A stretch of DNA of 64,000 nucleotides, from the NCBI RefSeq assembly GCF_963921235.1, contig NC_086108.1, positions 109,122,001 through 109,186,000 on the forward strand, written 5' to 3'. Below, piece by piece: positions 12,649 to 24,919 of the stretch (the stretch's first letter is position 1; every line of letters begins with the position of its first letter). Under the pieces are notes generated by a model. That model was not told the DNA's origin. It did not search any database and worked only from the letters and a program-made list of their open reading frames with translations. A program made the translations under genes and the position numbers. The DNA is from Mobula hypostoma. Lineage: Eukaryota.

Positions 12649-14469
12649 GAAGATGATAGGTGTGAAGACTCGGAAAGCAGCCTCCATCTTCTTATTTTGC
12701 TATCAGTCCTGATGAAGTGTCTCGACCCAAAATGTTGACTGTTGATTCCCCTTCACAGAAGCTGTCTGACCTGCCAAGCTCCTCCAGCAATTTGCAGGCG
12801 TTGCTAGAGAGACAGTAATCCAGGCTGCAGAAAATGTGGGGGAAGGGCACTTGGAAAGAATACCTCTACGCAAGGGTGAAGTAATATGATCATTAAAGAA
12901 TAATTAAGCTCCTTTGTTTGTGTAATGTGTTGCTAATGTCAGACCTGACCTGTGGAAATTTCCCAGAAAGTTCTGTTCCTAATTTCAGATTTTCTTGAGT
13001 CAACAGTTTTTGTGAGAGATTTTCACGGATGTAAATGATTGCAAATGCCTTGCAGATTGTCGGAAAGCCAACCCGGGCAAACTGGAGTCACTCTGGGTTT
13101 AATAAAGGAGGCCTGAAGGGGAGATTGATGAGCAGAAGTCTTTCTGGGCCACTGTCTTCGATACTGAGAGGAGAGGTTTCTCGCACCTTGAAGAAAGCAC
13201 TGCAGTTACTTTCCCCCAAATAAAGGTCTATGAACTTGACAGAACTAACAGCTGTCTCATTTGCCATTCTGTTTTGACAGGGCAGGGAAATTCCAACAAT
13301 TGCTAAAATTTTTATTGCTGAAAATTTTATTTCTGTTTTACTTATTTGGAGATACAGCATGGAACAGGCCCTTCTGGCCCTCTGAGCTGTACTGCCCAGA
13401 AATCCCCTGATTTAACCCTAGCCTAATCATGGGACAATTTACAATGACCAATTAACCTATTAACCAGCTCATCGTTGGGACTGGGGGGAATCAGAATCAG
13501 AAACTGGTTTAATATCACTGGCATGTGTCATGAAATTTGTTGTCTTTGCCGCAGCAGTACAATGCAATAAACAACAGAGATAAAGAAACTGTGCATTAAA
13601 TTAAATAAGCAGTGCAAAAATAGAAGTAAAAAGGTAGTGAGGTAGTGTTCAGGGGTTCAATGTCCATTCAGGAATCTGATGGCAGAAGGAAAGAAGCTGT
13701 TCCTGAATCACTGAATGTGTGCCGTAAAGCTTCTGTACCTCCTTCCTGATGATAGCAATGAGAACAAAGTATGACCTGGGAGGGGGAATCCTTTCTGATG
13801 GACGGCAGCTTTCTGAGGCATTGCTCCTCGAAGACATCCTGGACACTACAGAGGCTAGTGCCCATGATGGAGCTGACGAAGTTTACAACTCTCCACAGCT
13901 TATTTTCATCCTCTGCAGTGGCCTCCCCATGCCAGATGGTGATGCAGCCGGAGCACCCGGAGGAAACGCACGCATTCCACAGGGAGGACCTACGGAAACT
14001 CCTTACAGAGGATATCGGAATTGAATTCAGAACTTTAACGTCCTGAGCTGCAATATCTCCCCTTTGTCAACGGGTTTTTGCACATTCCATCAGCCCAGGA
14101 GCATTATTTGTACTGCATGTTTTCGTAAGTAATAATAGTTCTTTATCTTTGCACTGTACTGTCACCACAAAACAACAAATTCCATGTCAACTGACATACT
14201 TGTGATAAATCTGATTCTGAACCTGACTCAGATTCTGTGTTTTGAAAGATATTTTAAAGAAGCAGGCTGAGAAAGGAGAAAGAGGAGGGGAACTCCATTG
14301 TTGTAGAGCTCGAGTGAGGGAGACTCAAGTCATTATGATTCTTTCTAAAAGAAAAGCTGTTTCTACCACAGTTGAAACAGTCCTCCCCATTCTGCACACC
14401 TCACCTTAGGAAACATGGAAGGACGTTGAAAGAAAAGATTAGCTTTATTTGTCACATGTTTACCAAGTT

Positions 14470-15765
14470 ACAAGCCCATGGTATTACCAAAGTCACAAGC
14501 ATGGATAGAAGATTGGTAGGAGGCAAGAGAGGGAATAAAAGGGGCCTCTTCTGGTTGACTGCTGGAGCAGTGTTTCGCAGGGGTCTGTGCTGGGCCCATT
14601 TCTTTGCACATTTTAACTCAATGATTTGGATGATGGAGTTGAGGGCTTTGTGGCCAAGTTTTTAAACAATATGAAGGTAGGTACAGGGGCAGGTAGTGTT
14701 GAGGAAGCGGGGAGCTTGCAGAAGGACTTGGACAGATTGGGAGAATCGGCAAAGAACTGACAGATAGAATATAGCGTAGGGAATTGTATCACACATCGAA
14801 GTTGCTGGTGAACGCAGCAGGCCAGGCAGCATCTCTAGGAAGAGGTACAGTCGACGTTTCAGGCCGAGACCCTCAGGGTCTCGGCCTGAAACGTCGACTG
14901 TACCTCTTCCTAGAGATGCTGCCTGGCCTGCTGCGTTCACCAGCAACTTTGATGTGTGTTGCTTGAATTTCCAGCATCTGCAGAATTCCTGTTGTTTAGG
15001 GAATTATATGGTCATGCACTCTGGTAGAAGGAATAAAGGGGAGAAAGTTCAAAAATCAGAGGAGCAAAGGGACTTGGGAGTCCTTGTTCAGGATTCACTG
15101 AAGGTGAACTTGCAGATTGAGTCAGTGGTAAGGAAGGAAATAGCTTTCATTTTGAGAGACCTAGAATATAAGAGCAAGGATGTAATGCTGAGGCTTTGTC
15201 AGCCATTGGTCAGACTGCACTTGGAGTATTTTGGACCCCTTATTTAAGAAAAGGTGGGCTGGGACTGGAGAGGGGCCAGAAAAGGTTTATGAGAAATTCC
15301 AGGAATGAAAGGGTTGAAGTATGAGGAGTGTTTGATGGCTCTGGGCCAGTTCTCCCTAGAGTTTAGAAGAATAGGGGGGGGGGTGATATCATTGAAGCTT
15401 GTTGAATATGGAAAGGCTTAGATAGAGTGAATGTGGGGAGGATGTTTCCTATACTTGGTGAGTCTAGGAACAGAGGGCACAGCTTCAGATAGAGGGACAT
15501 CCATTTAGAACAGAGATGAGGAGGAATTTCTTTAACCAGAGGGTGGTGAATCTGTTGAACTCATTGCCACTGGCAACTGAGGAGGCCAACTCATTGAGAA
15601 TATTTAAAGTGGAAGTTGATAGTTTCTTGATTAATCAGAGCATCAAAGGTTATGGAGAGAAGGCAGGAGACTGGGGCTGACAAAAATAATGAGTCAGCCA
15701 TGATAAAATGTCTGAGCAGACTTGATGGGCCAAATGGCTGCCTTCTGCTCCTATGCCTTATAGCC
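14470..15765 (+). mobile_element. CR1 RT/3' fragment (degenerate), host of a fold-back insertion
   Basis: QRDLGVLVQDSLKVNLQIE...YKSKDVMLRL...LVRLHLEY; CR1 3' UTR. Confidence 0.8.
14790..14996. mobile_element. Fold-back mini-PLE (169-bp palindrome + 38-bp tail)
   Basis: 84-bp arms around 14874 with 1 mismatch; TSD tagggaattgtat / tagggaattatat (14777-14789 / 14997-15009). Confidence 0.9.
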
Positions 15766-15829
15766 TGTGTACATTGAAGAGTACAGTGAAATGTGTAGTT
15801 TTCATCGATGATCAACGTAGTCCAAGAAT

Positions 15830-16044
15830 TTGCTGGGGGCACATCCACTAAATGTCACCACACTTCCAGTGCCAGCATAGCATGTCCACAGCTCACTATC
15901 GCTAATGTGTATGCCTTTGGAACGTGAGAGGAACCAGGAGCACCTAAAGGAACCCACGTGCTCATGCGAAGAATGTTCAAACTCCTTACAGACAGTGGTG
16001 GGTATTGAACCCGGATCACTGGCGTTGTAAAGCATGTGTTAACT
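15830..16044 (-). mobile_element. V-SINE/HE1-like SINE, interrupted
   Basis: Minus strand ccgggttcaataccc B-box and aggtgctcctggttcctctcac V-like core; 5' end resumes near 16626. Confidence 0.6.
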
Positions 16045-16625
16045 AGGGGGCCATGCACAATCCTGATTTGATGGAGACAGCCGTGAGAGTACAGAGGAAC
16101 ACCTGGAGAAACTTCTGAAATGCCTGCTTGGCTGCCGCTGCTACTGTGCGATCGAGAATCTCCGGAGGGGAAGGCCCCAAATCCTCGGCTTTGCCTATTG
16201 CCTATTGCTGGGGCCGGGGTCGAAGCGCTCGGCAGAGATGGTGCTCGGTGCTCAGTGTCGGAGAGCTGGTCGGAGGCTTGGAGTTTTCGGATGGACTCGG
16301 AGTCGAACTGTGGTCGGATGCTTCCAGGATGCTGCATCGGCAAGTTTGCGGCACTGGAGGTTCACCGTCTGCGTGAGATGATGGGACTTTCGAGAGACTT
16401 TGAGACTTTTACCGTGCCAAGGTCTGTTCTTTATCAAATTACGGTATTGCTTTGCAGTGTTGTAACTATATGTTATAATTATGTGGTTTTTGTCAGTTTT
16501 CAGTCGATATGTCACGTGTTTCTGCGATATCATTCTGGAGAAACATTGTATCATTTCTTAATGCATGCATTCCTAAATGACAATAAAAGAGGACTGCGTG
16601 TCCTCATAGTCTAATCTAATCTAAT
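16045..16625 (+). mobile_element. Unclassified CpG-rich non-autonomous retroelement
   Basis: Inserted into a SINE; retains many CpGs; aataaa followed by a (CTAAT)n tail. Confidence 0.55.
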
Positions 16626-16731
16626 GATGCTAATTGCTATGCTACATTGCTGTGAGAAGGTGTAGAAGGTTCAATGGTTGGCATAGAAACAAAGGGCCAA
16701 ATGGTGCCTTTCTGTGCTTAGCAGCCAGAAT

Positions 16732-17250
16732 ACCATAACACCATAAGACATAGGAGCAGCATTAGGATATTCAACCCATTGAGTCTACTCCATCATTCCA
16801 TTATGGTTGATTTATTACTCCGCTCATCCCTATTCTCCTGCCTTCTCCCTGTAACCTTTGATGCCCTGAATAATCAAGAACCTCCAATTTAAATATATTC
16901 GATGATTTGGCCTCCACAACCATCTGTGGCAATGAATTCAACAGATTCACCACCCTCTGACTGAAGAAATCCCTCCTCATCTCTGTTCTGAATGGACGTC
17001 CAAAGGCCGTGTCCTCTAGTCCTATACTCCCCCACCATAGGAAACATCCTCTCCACATCCTCTCAACCCAGGCTTTTCAATATTCGATAGGTTTCAATGA
17101 GATCCGCCTCATTCTTCTAAACTCCAACGAGTACAGGCCCAGCACCATCAAACACTCCTCATACTATACTTTAACCCCCTTTATTCATGGAACCTCCTCT
17201 GGATCCCCTCCAATGCCAACGCATCTTTTCTGAGATAAAGGGGCCCGAAA
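16732..17250 (-). mobile_element. CR1 3' fragment
   Basis: GRPFRTEMRRDFFSQRVVNLLNSLP. Confidence 0.8.
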
Positions 17251-18116
17251 GTGCTTGACTCTTGCAAAAAACCTACAATGTGCCTTGAACACTTCACAAG
17301 TGCCTCCTTCAGAATTCCTTGCAGACTTTTGGTCACAGCTGTGTGCTGTTCAGAGTTGGACCATGGGCAACTTATCCAGGCTTCTCCAGACAACAGACAT
17401 CTCTGCAGAATTAGAAGGCTGAGGACGTTAAAGTCTCCACTAAATATGCATGAAATTAAATTAACATCATGAGCTAAGCAGCACTGACTACTGACAGTGC
17501 AGAATAGCAGGAGGTATTATTCCCTCTGTCTTCTACATCAGACTCAAACACACTGCCTTCATTTTCAATTAAGTGATTTCCAAAGGCACATCAAAGTCTC
17601 TCATTAGTCAGTGCATACCTCGTAAATCAGGAGAGTGGTAGCAAGAGATCATGGACTAAACTGGCAGTGGACTAAGATAACATTTGTCTCATTACACAGG
17701 TGCTGGGCACCTCAAATATTATGATTTAATATCGGTCAGAATCAGATTTAATGTCACTGGCACATGTCATGAAATGTGTTGTTTTGCAGCAATAGAACAT
17801 AATTTTTTAACTATAAATTACAATGAGAAACAAAATAAAAACATATTCAGCAAGTCAGAAGAAAGAGAGCAAAAACAAAAATCGTGAGGTAGTGTTCATG
17901 GGTTCATTGTGCATTCAGAAATTTGAATCACCTTGGCTCGGGAGAAACGCTGTTTTGTTTAGCTGTATTCATGTATGGTGGAATGACAATTAAACATGAA
18001 CTTGAACTTGATGGTGGAGGGGAAGGAGCTGTTACTGAAACATTGAGAGTATGTCTTCAGGCTCCTGTACTTCCCCTTTGATGGTAGCAATGAGAAGAGG
18101 GGGTCCTTAATAAACG

Positions 18117-18480
18117 TATAACAACCATATAACAATTACAGCACAGAAACAGGCCATCTTGGCCCTTCTAGTCCATGCCGAACTCTTACTCTCACCTAGT
18201 CCCACCAACCTGCACTCAGCCCATAACCCTCCATTCCTTTCCTGTCCATATAGCTATCTAATTTAACTTTAAACGATAACATCGAACCTGCCTTAACCAC
18301 TTCTGCTGAAAACTCGTTCCACACAGCTACCACTCTCTGAGTAAAGAAGTTCCCCCTCATGTTACCCCTAAACTTTTGCCCTTTAACTGTCAACTCATGT
18401 CCTCTTGTTTGAATCTCCTCCACTCTCAATGGAAAAAGCCTATCCACGTCAACTCTATCTATCCACCTCATAATTTTAAA
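18117..18480 (-). mobile_element. CR1 3' fragment nested in a Rex-type 3' fragment
   Basis: FKIMRWIDRVDVDRLFP...RGNFFTQRVVAVWN. Confidence 0.8.
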
Positions 18481-19169
18481 AAATGGTAGATGCCGCCTTC
18501 TTGAGGACTTGGTTTTTGTAGATGTCCTTGATGCTGCGAAGACTAGCGCCCATGATGGAGCAGGTTGACCTCTCACCTATTGTTAGTTCGGCTGCAAAGA
18601 TCAAGCACTCACTTTGAGTGTGGTGCCAAGATTGACACCTGAATAGTTTGTTGCAGATCATTCACTAGCAGAATCAGGTTTAGTATCAAAGTTCAAAGTA
18701 AATTTATTATCAAAGTACATAAATATCACCATAAACAACCCTGAGATTCTTTTTCTTGCAGGCATTCACAGTAGAACAAATAAATACAATAGAATCAATG
18801 GAAAACTACGAACAAAGACAAAGAACCATTGTGCAAAAGACAAATTGTGCAAATACAAAAGCAAAAGCATGCAGTATAAAAATAATAAACTAATAAATAA
18901 ATAAACAAACATAAGTAAGGTAAATGAATAAATTATATGTATATATATAATGAGTATATATATATATACTGTGAGCGTGAGTTGTTGAGTCCTTGAAAGT
19001 CAGTCCATAGGTCGAGGTATCAGTTCAGCATTGAGTGAAGTTATTCACTCTGAGTCAGGAGCTGATGGTGAAGGGTAATTACTGTTCCTGAGCCTGATAA
19101 TGCGGGACATAAGACTCCTGTCCCTGCTTCCTGATGAAGCAGTGAAAAGTGAGCATGACCTTAATGTTG

Positions 19170-19411
19170 GACACGAGGAATTCTGCACATGCTGGAAATT
19201 CAAGCAACACACATCAAAGTTACTGGTGAACGCAGCAGGCCAGGCAGCGTCTCTAGGAAGAGGTACAGTCGACATTTCGGGCCGAGACCCTTCATCAGGA
19301 GGGGTCAGACCCTGCGTCCTGACGAAGGGTCTGGGCCCGAAACGTCGACTGTACCTCCTCGTAGAGATGCTGCCTGGCCTGCTACATTCACCAGCAACTT
19401 TGATGTGTGTT
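19170..19411. mobile_element. Fold-back mini-PLE with two hammerhead motifs
   Basis: Inverted arms; perfect 12-bp TSD accttaatgttg (19158-19169 / 19412-19423). Confidence 0.9.
19316..19349 (+). ncRNA. Minimal type I hammerhead ribozyme motif
   Basis: GTC-CTGACGA-AGGG tctggg CCC-GAAA-C-GTC^GAC; intact core, stem I GTC/GAC, palindromic ACGT stem III. Confidence 0.7.
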
Positions 19412-19709
19412 ACCTTAATGTTGAATGCTGCTTTCCTGCAACATTGCCCCTTGGCGAGGTGGTCAATAGTGGAGAGCAGGAGGCTTTTTCCTGTGATGGA
19501 TTAGGCTGTATGCATCATTTTTTGTAGGCTTATCACTGCCATATGTTATGAAATTCGTTGCTTTGCAGCAACAAAGTACAGTACATAAAATATTACTGTA
19601 AGTTACTATAAGAAATCTAAGAAGAGTAATGCAAACAGGGAGCAACAAGTGAGGTAGTGTTCATGTATTCATGCTCCACTCAGAAATATGATGGCGGAGG
19701 GGAAGACTA

Positions 19710-21600
19710 AAGTGAGATGTATCAGTATTTCAGTGGAGTAAAGGGACTTTAGATAGTTGAGATAGGAGTTGGCCTAAACTGATTGGAAAAGAAAACTGGG
19801 AAGTTTGATGGCAGAGCAGAAATGGCTGGAATTTCAGGAAGCAATCTGGAAGGCACAGGATATATACATCCCAAAGAGGAAGAAGTATTCTGAAGGAAAG
19901 ATGACACAACCATGGCTAATTGGAGAAGTCAAAGCCAACATACTGTAAAAAGCCAAAAAGGGTAAAAAAATAGAACAAAAATTAGTGGGAGGTTAGAGGA
20001 CTGGGAAGCTCTTAAAAACCAACAGAAGGCAACTAAAAAAGTCATTAAGAAGGTAAAGGTGGAATACGAAAGTAAGCTAGCCAATAATATTAAAGAGGAT
20101 ACCAGAAGTTTCTTCAGATGGATAAAGTGTAAAAGAGAGTGGATATTGGAGCATTGGAAAATGATGCTGGTGGTAATGGGGGACAAGGAAATGGCGGTGA
20201 ACTGAATAAAATATGTTGCATCAGTCTTCACTGTGGAATACATGTATGGTGGAAGTTCCAAAGTGTCAGTGAGTGAATTTGCCATTACTAAGGAGAAAAT
20301 TCTTGGCCAAAAGGACTGAAGGTAGATAAATCACCAGGACCAGATGGTGTACACACCAGGGTTCTGAAAGTGGTGGTTGAAGAGATCTTTTAAGAATCAC
20401 TAGATTCTGGATTGGTTCCAGAAGGCTGGAACATTTAAACTGTCAATCCAAGAAGGAAGAGAGGCAGAAGAAAGGAGATTATAGGCCAGTTAGTCTGATC
20501 TCAGAGGTTGGGAAGATTTTGGAGTTAATTGTTAAAGATGTAGTTTCAGGGTATTTGGAGGCACATGATAAAATAGGCCATAGTCAGCATGGTTTCCTCA
20601 AGGGAAAATCTTGCCTGACAAATCTGTTGGAATTCTTTGAAGAAATAACAAACAGGATAGACAAAAGAGAATCAGTTGATGTTGTGTAGTTAGATTTTCA
20701 GAAGACCTTTGACAAGGTGCCATACATGAAGCTGCTTAACAAGTTAAGGGCCCGTGTTATTACAGGAAAGATACTAGCATGGATAAAGCAGTGTCTAATT
20801 GTTAGGAGGTAAAGACTGAGAACAAATTAAGCCTTTTCTGGAAGGCTGAATAGTGGTTTTCCAAAGGGGTCTGTCTTGGGACTAATTCTTTTTATGATAT
20901 ATGTCAATGATTTCGATGATGGAATTGATAGCTTTGTTGCAAAGTTTACGGACAATGCAAAGTTAGGTGGAGGGGCAGGTAGTTTTGAAGAAGTAGAGAG
21001 GCTACCAAATGACTTAGGCAGATTAGTAGAAGGACAAAAAAGTGGCAGATGGAATCCAGTGTTGGGAAGTGTACAGTCGTGCACTTTGGTCAGAGAAAAG
21101 TGTAAACTATTCACTAAATGGAGGGAAAATTCAAAAATCCAAAGCACCAAGGAACTTGGGAGTCCTTGTACAGGATTTCATAAAGGTTAATTTGCAGGTT
21201 GAGTCTGTGGCGAGGAAGGCAAATGCAATGTTAGCATATATTTCAAGAAGAATAGAGTATAAATCCAAGGATGTAATGTTGAAACTTTATAAAGTATTGG
21301 TGAGGCCTCACTTGGAGTATTGTGACTAGTTTTGAGTCCCTTATCTTAGAGGGGATGAGGAGGAATTTCTTTAGCCAGAGAGTGGTGAATCTATGGAATT
21401 CTTTGCCACAGGCAGCTGTGGAGGCCAAGTCTTTATGCCTATTTAAGGCAGAGGTTGATAGATTCTTGAATGGTCAGAGCATTAAGGCATACAGGAGGAA
21501 AAGCAGGAGATTGGGGCTAAGAGGAAAATGGATCAGCCATGATGAAATGGTGGAGCAGACTCGATGAGCCAAATGGACTAATTCTATAGTTTTATAGTCA
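19710..21600 (+). mobile_element. CR1 ORF2 fragment (RT to 3' UTR), degenerate
   Basis: LFMIYVNDFDDGIDSFVAKFTDN; YKVLVRPHLEYC; RRNFFSQRVVNLWNSLP. Confidence 0.85.
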
Positions 21601-21679
21601 CTTGGTTTTAAAATCCTGTTTCTAAATCACTGAGTGTGTGTCTTCATTCTCCTTACCTCCTTTCTGATGGTAGTAACAA

Positions 21680-22400
21680 GATCTTCCACTGCGATTGGCA
21701 CATGTACCAAAATACAATGAAAAGTTTGTCTTGCATACTGTTCATGCAGATCAAATCATTACACAGGGTATTGAGGTAGAATAAGATAAAACAATAACAA
21801 TGCAAAATAAAGTCTAAAGGCCACAAATAAAACATACAGTGCAGGTAAAGAATAAAGTACAGGATCATAACGAGATAGATTATGAGGTCATGCGTCCATA
21901 TTATCGTACAAGAGGTCCGTTCATGAGTCTGATAACAGTGGAATAGAACCTGTTCTTGAGCTTTGTGGTACAGGTTTTTGTATCTTCTGCATGATAGGAG
22001 AGGGGGAGAAGAGAGAATGCCCGGTTTAGGAGGGACCTTTGATTGTCCTGGTTGCTTTACCGAGGCAGTGAGAGGTGTAGACAAGAGTCCATTGGAGGGG
22101 AGGCTGGTTTCCGTGATGTGCTGAGCTGTACCACAACTCTGCAGTTTCCTGCAAATACATGCAGAGCAGTTGTCATACCGAGCCATTATGCATCCAGGTG
22201 GGATGCTTTCTGAACATTGGTGAGAGTAGATGGGAACATGCTAAATTTCTTTAGTCTTCTGGAGAAGTAAAGCTTTTGTGGCTGTAATATCAGAGTGGTT
22301 GGAGCATGACAGGCTATTGGTGATGTTCAGACCTGGGACCTTAAAGCTCTCAACCCTCTCAAACTCAACACTGTTGATGTAGACAAGATCATGTCCATTG
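21680..22400 (-). mobile_element. Old Rex/Babar-type LINE 3' fragment
   Basis: Similar to the many (GATTCT)n/(AATTGG)n-tailed 3' fragments elsewhere in the window (e.g. 13490-13950, 35370-36290, 39520-40380, 63380-63870). Confidence 0.55.
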
Positions 22401-22549
22401 TGTAGTTTCAAGAATCCTGCTCTTTCCAGCTGTAGACAGTTACTGCAGTTCCCATCCTTTGCAAAAATCTAATAAACACTGCAGATTTTGGAAATTTAAT
22501 ATAAAAACTGAAAAAGTTGACAGTACTCAGCAAGTCAGGCCGCACAGAA

Positions 22550-24640
22550 CATAGAACATCACAGCACTGGAATTATACCTTTGGCCCACGATGTTGTGCC
22601 AAACCAATTAAATTAGTAATCAAAAGGCAACTAACCTAATCCCGTCTGCCTACACAATGTTCATACCTTTCCATCTTCCTAACATTCATGTGCCTATCTT
22701 AAAATTCCCTAATGTATCTGCCACAGCCACCACCCAGGCAGCACATTCTATGGATCTACCACTCTGTGTGTAAAAAAAACTTGTCTTTCACATCACCTTT
22801 GAACTTACCCCCCTGTCACCTTAAATGCATGCCCTCTGGTATTAGATATTTCAACCCTGGGAAAAAGATACTGTCTGTCTACTCTATCTATGTCTCTCAA
22901 AATCTTATAAACCTCTATCAGATCCCCCTCAGCCTCTGCTACTCCAGAGAAAACAACCCAAGTTTGTCCAACCTCTCATTATAGCCCATGCCCTCTAATC
23001 CAGGCACCATCCTGGTAAACTTCTGCACCTTCTCCATAGCCTCAACTCCCTTCCTAAATCAAAGATCCCTCCTAAACCAGGCATCCTCTCTTCTCTCCTC
23101 TCCTATCACACAAAAGATACAAAAACCTGAAAGTACATAACACAAAACTCAAGCACAGCTTCTATTCTACTGTTAAGGGGTGACCAGACCTGTATGCGGC
23201 CTAACTAGAGTTTTATAAAGGTGTGACATAACTTCCTGACTTTTGATCTCAATGCCTTGACTAATAAAGAGAAGCATGCCATGTGCCTTTTTAACCAGGT
23301 TGTCAACCTGTGTAGACACTTTCAGGGAGCCATGGACTTGGACCCAAAGTCCCTCTGCTCATCACTGTTAAGGTTTTACCCTTAACAGTGTATTGTCTTT
23401 ACATTTGAACTGCCAAGGTATGATATTTTATACTTAGCTGGGCTCAACTCCATCTGCCATCTCTCCACCCATATCTGCAACTGATCTATATCCCCCTGTA
23501 TTCTTTGCCAGTCATCTACACTATCCACAACACCACCAATTTTTGTACCATTTGCAAATTTACTAACTCAGCCATCTACATTTTCATCCAGATCATTTAT
23601 ATATATCATAAACAGCAGAGGTCCTAGTACATATCACTGTGGAGCTCAACTAATTACATACCTCCAGCTAGAAAAACTCCCTTTAGTCACTACCCTCTGT
23701 CTACTATGGACAAACTAGTTCTAAATCCAAAGAGCCATTTCACGATGGATCCCATGCATCTTAATCTTCTGGATGAGCCTCCCCTGAGGGATCTTGTCAA
23801 AATCCATGTAAATGACATCCACAACTCTACCTTCAGCAAAGTCTCTCATCACTTCAACAAAAAACTCAATCAACTTAGTAAGACATGACTTGCCTCGCAT
23901 GAAGCTGTGCAGATTCTCCCTAATTAGGCCATGGCTTTTTCAAATGCTCCTAAATCATATCCTTAAGTAGTCTCTCCAGTAACTTCTCCGTTGACATGAG
24001 ACTCAGCCTATTGTTTTGCAGGATTTGTATCCAAGGCTCACTTCCTGAATAATAAAACATTAGCTACTTGCCAGTCCTCTGGGACCTCACCTGTGGCTGT
24101 AGAAGGTACAGGTGTTGGTCAAGGCCCCATCAATTTCTTCTCTTGACTCTCTCAGTAGCATGGGGTATATCCCATCAGGCCTTGGGGACTTATCCACCTT
24201 AATGCACTATAAGAACCAAACCCTACCTCCTCTTTTACCTCAAAATACCCTAGCATATCAATATGCTTTGCACAGATCTCCCTATCCTCTATGTCCTTCT
24301 CCTTGGTAAATACAAATAAACTGTAAAGTACTCATTGAGGACTTTTACCCATGTTCTCCATGTCCATGCAAATAATCGCCCCTCCTCCACCTACCCTCAT
24401 ACTACCCTCTCTCCACTTGTCCTCTTGGTTGTGATGGATGTATGGAATGCCTTGGGATTCTCTTTAATCCTACTTACAAAGGACTTTTTGTGGCCCCTCT
24501 GGACTTTCCTGATTTCCTTCTTGAGTTCACTCCTGGCTTCTTTATAATCATCAAGGCCTCTGTCTGATTCTAGCCTCCTAAGCTTTACCCACTATTCCTT
24601 TCTCTTCCTGACTAATTCATCACCTCCCTCGATATCTGTG
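22550..24640 (-). mobile_element. Old CR1 ORF2 fragment
   Basis: Reverse-strand RT remnants and CR1 3' UTR (acatagaacatcacagcac). Confidence 0.7.
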
Positions 24641-24919
24641 GGGTGAGAAACAGAAAGGCTTTTGCAGTGATAGTTGGAGTGTTGCAAGGCATTACGATTT
24701 GCAAATTCATACCATTCTGGCTATAATTCCCAGCAGCCCACCATCCCATGAACACTTCCATATGATTCCCCATTTGCAAGCTGTGTTATTTATTTATTTA
24801 TGCAGCTGATTGTAATTTTTTACATCTTGCACTCTATTACTACCACAAAACAACAAATTTCATGACATATGTTAGTGATAATAAGATGGGTTCTGATTAA
24901 ATTAATATACTGGAGTCGA

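Noticed and set aside
14790..14958. Palindrome as a classical MITE or miRNA gene
   Set aside because: Arms are PLE pLTR sequence, fold points differ between copies, and the one-sided tail and 12-14 bp TSDs point to a retrotransposition origin
14662..14966. Recurrent peptide MLVNAAGQAASLGRGTVDVSGRDP in many ORFs on both strands
   Set aside because: Artefact of translating the repeated palindromic pLTR; no evidence of coding function
15855..16614. Overlapping 162- and 164-aa ORFs
   Set aside because: GC-rich repeat with few stops; no recognisable domain; the minus-strand ORF crosses the element boundary
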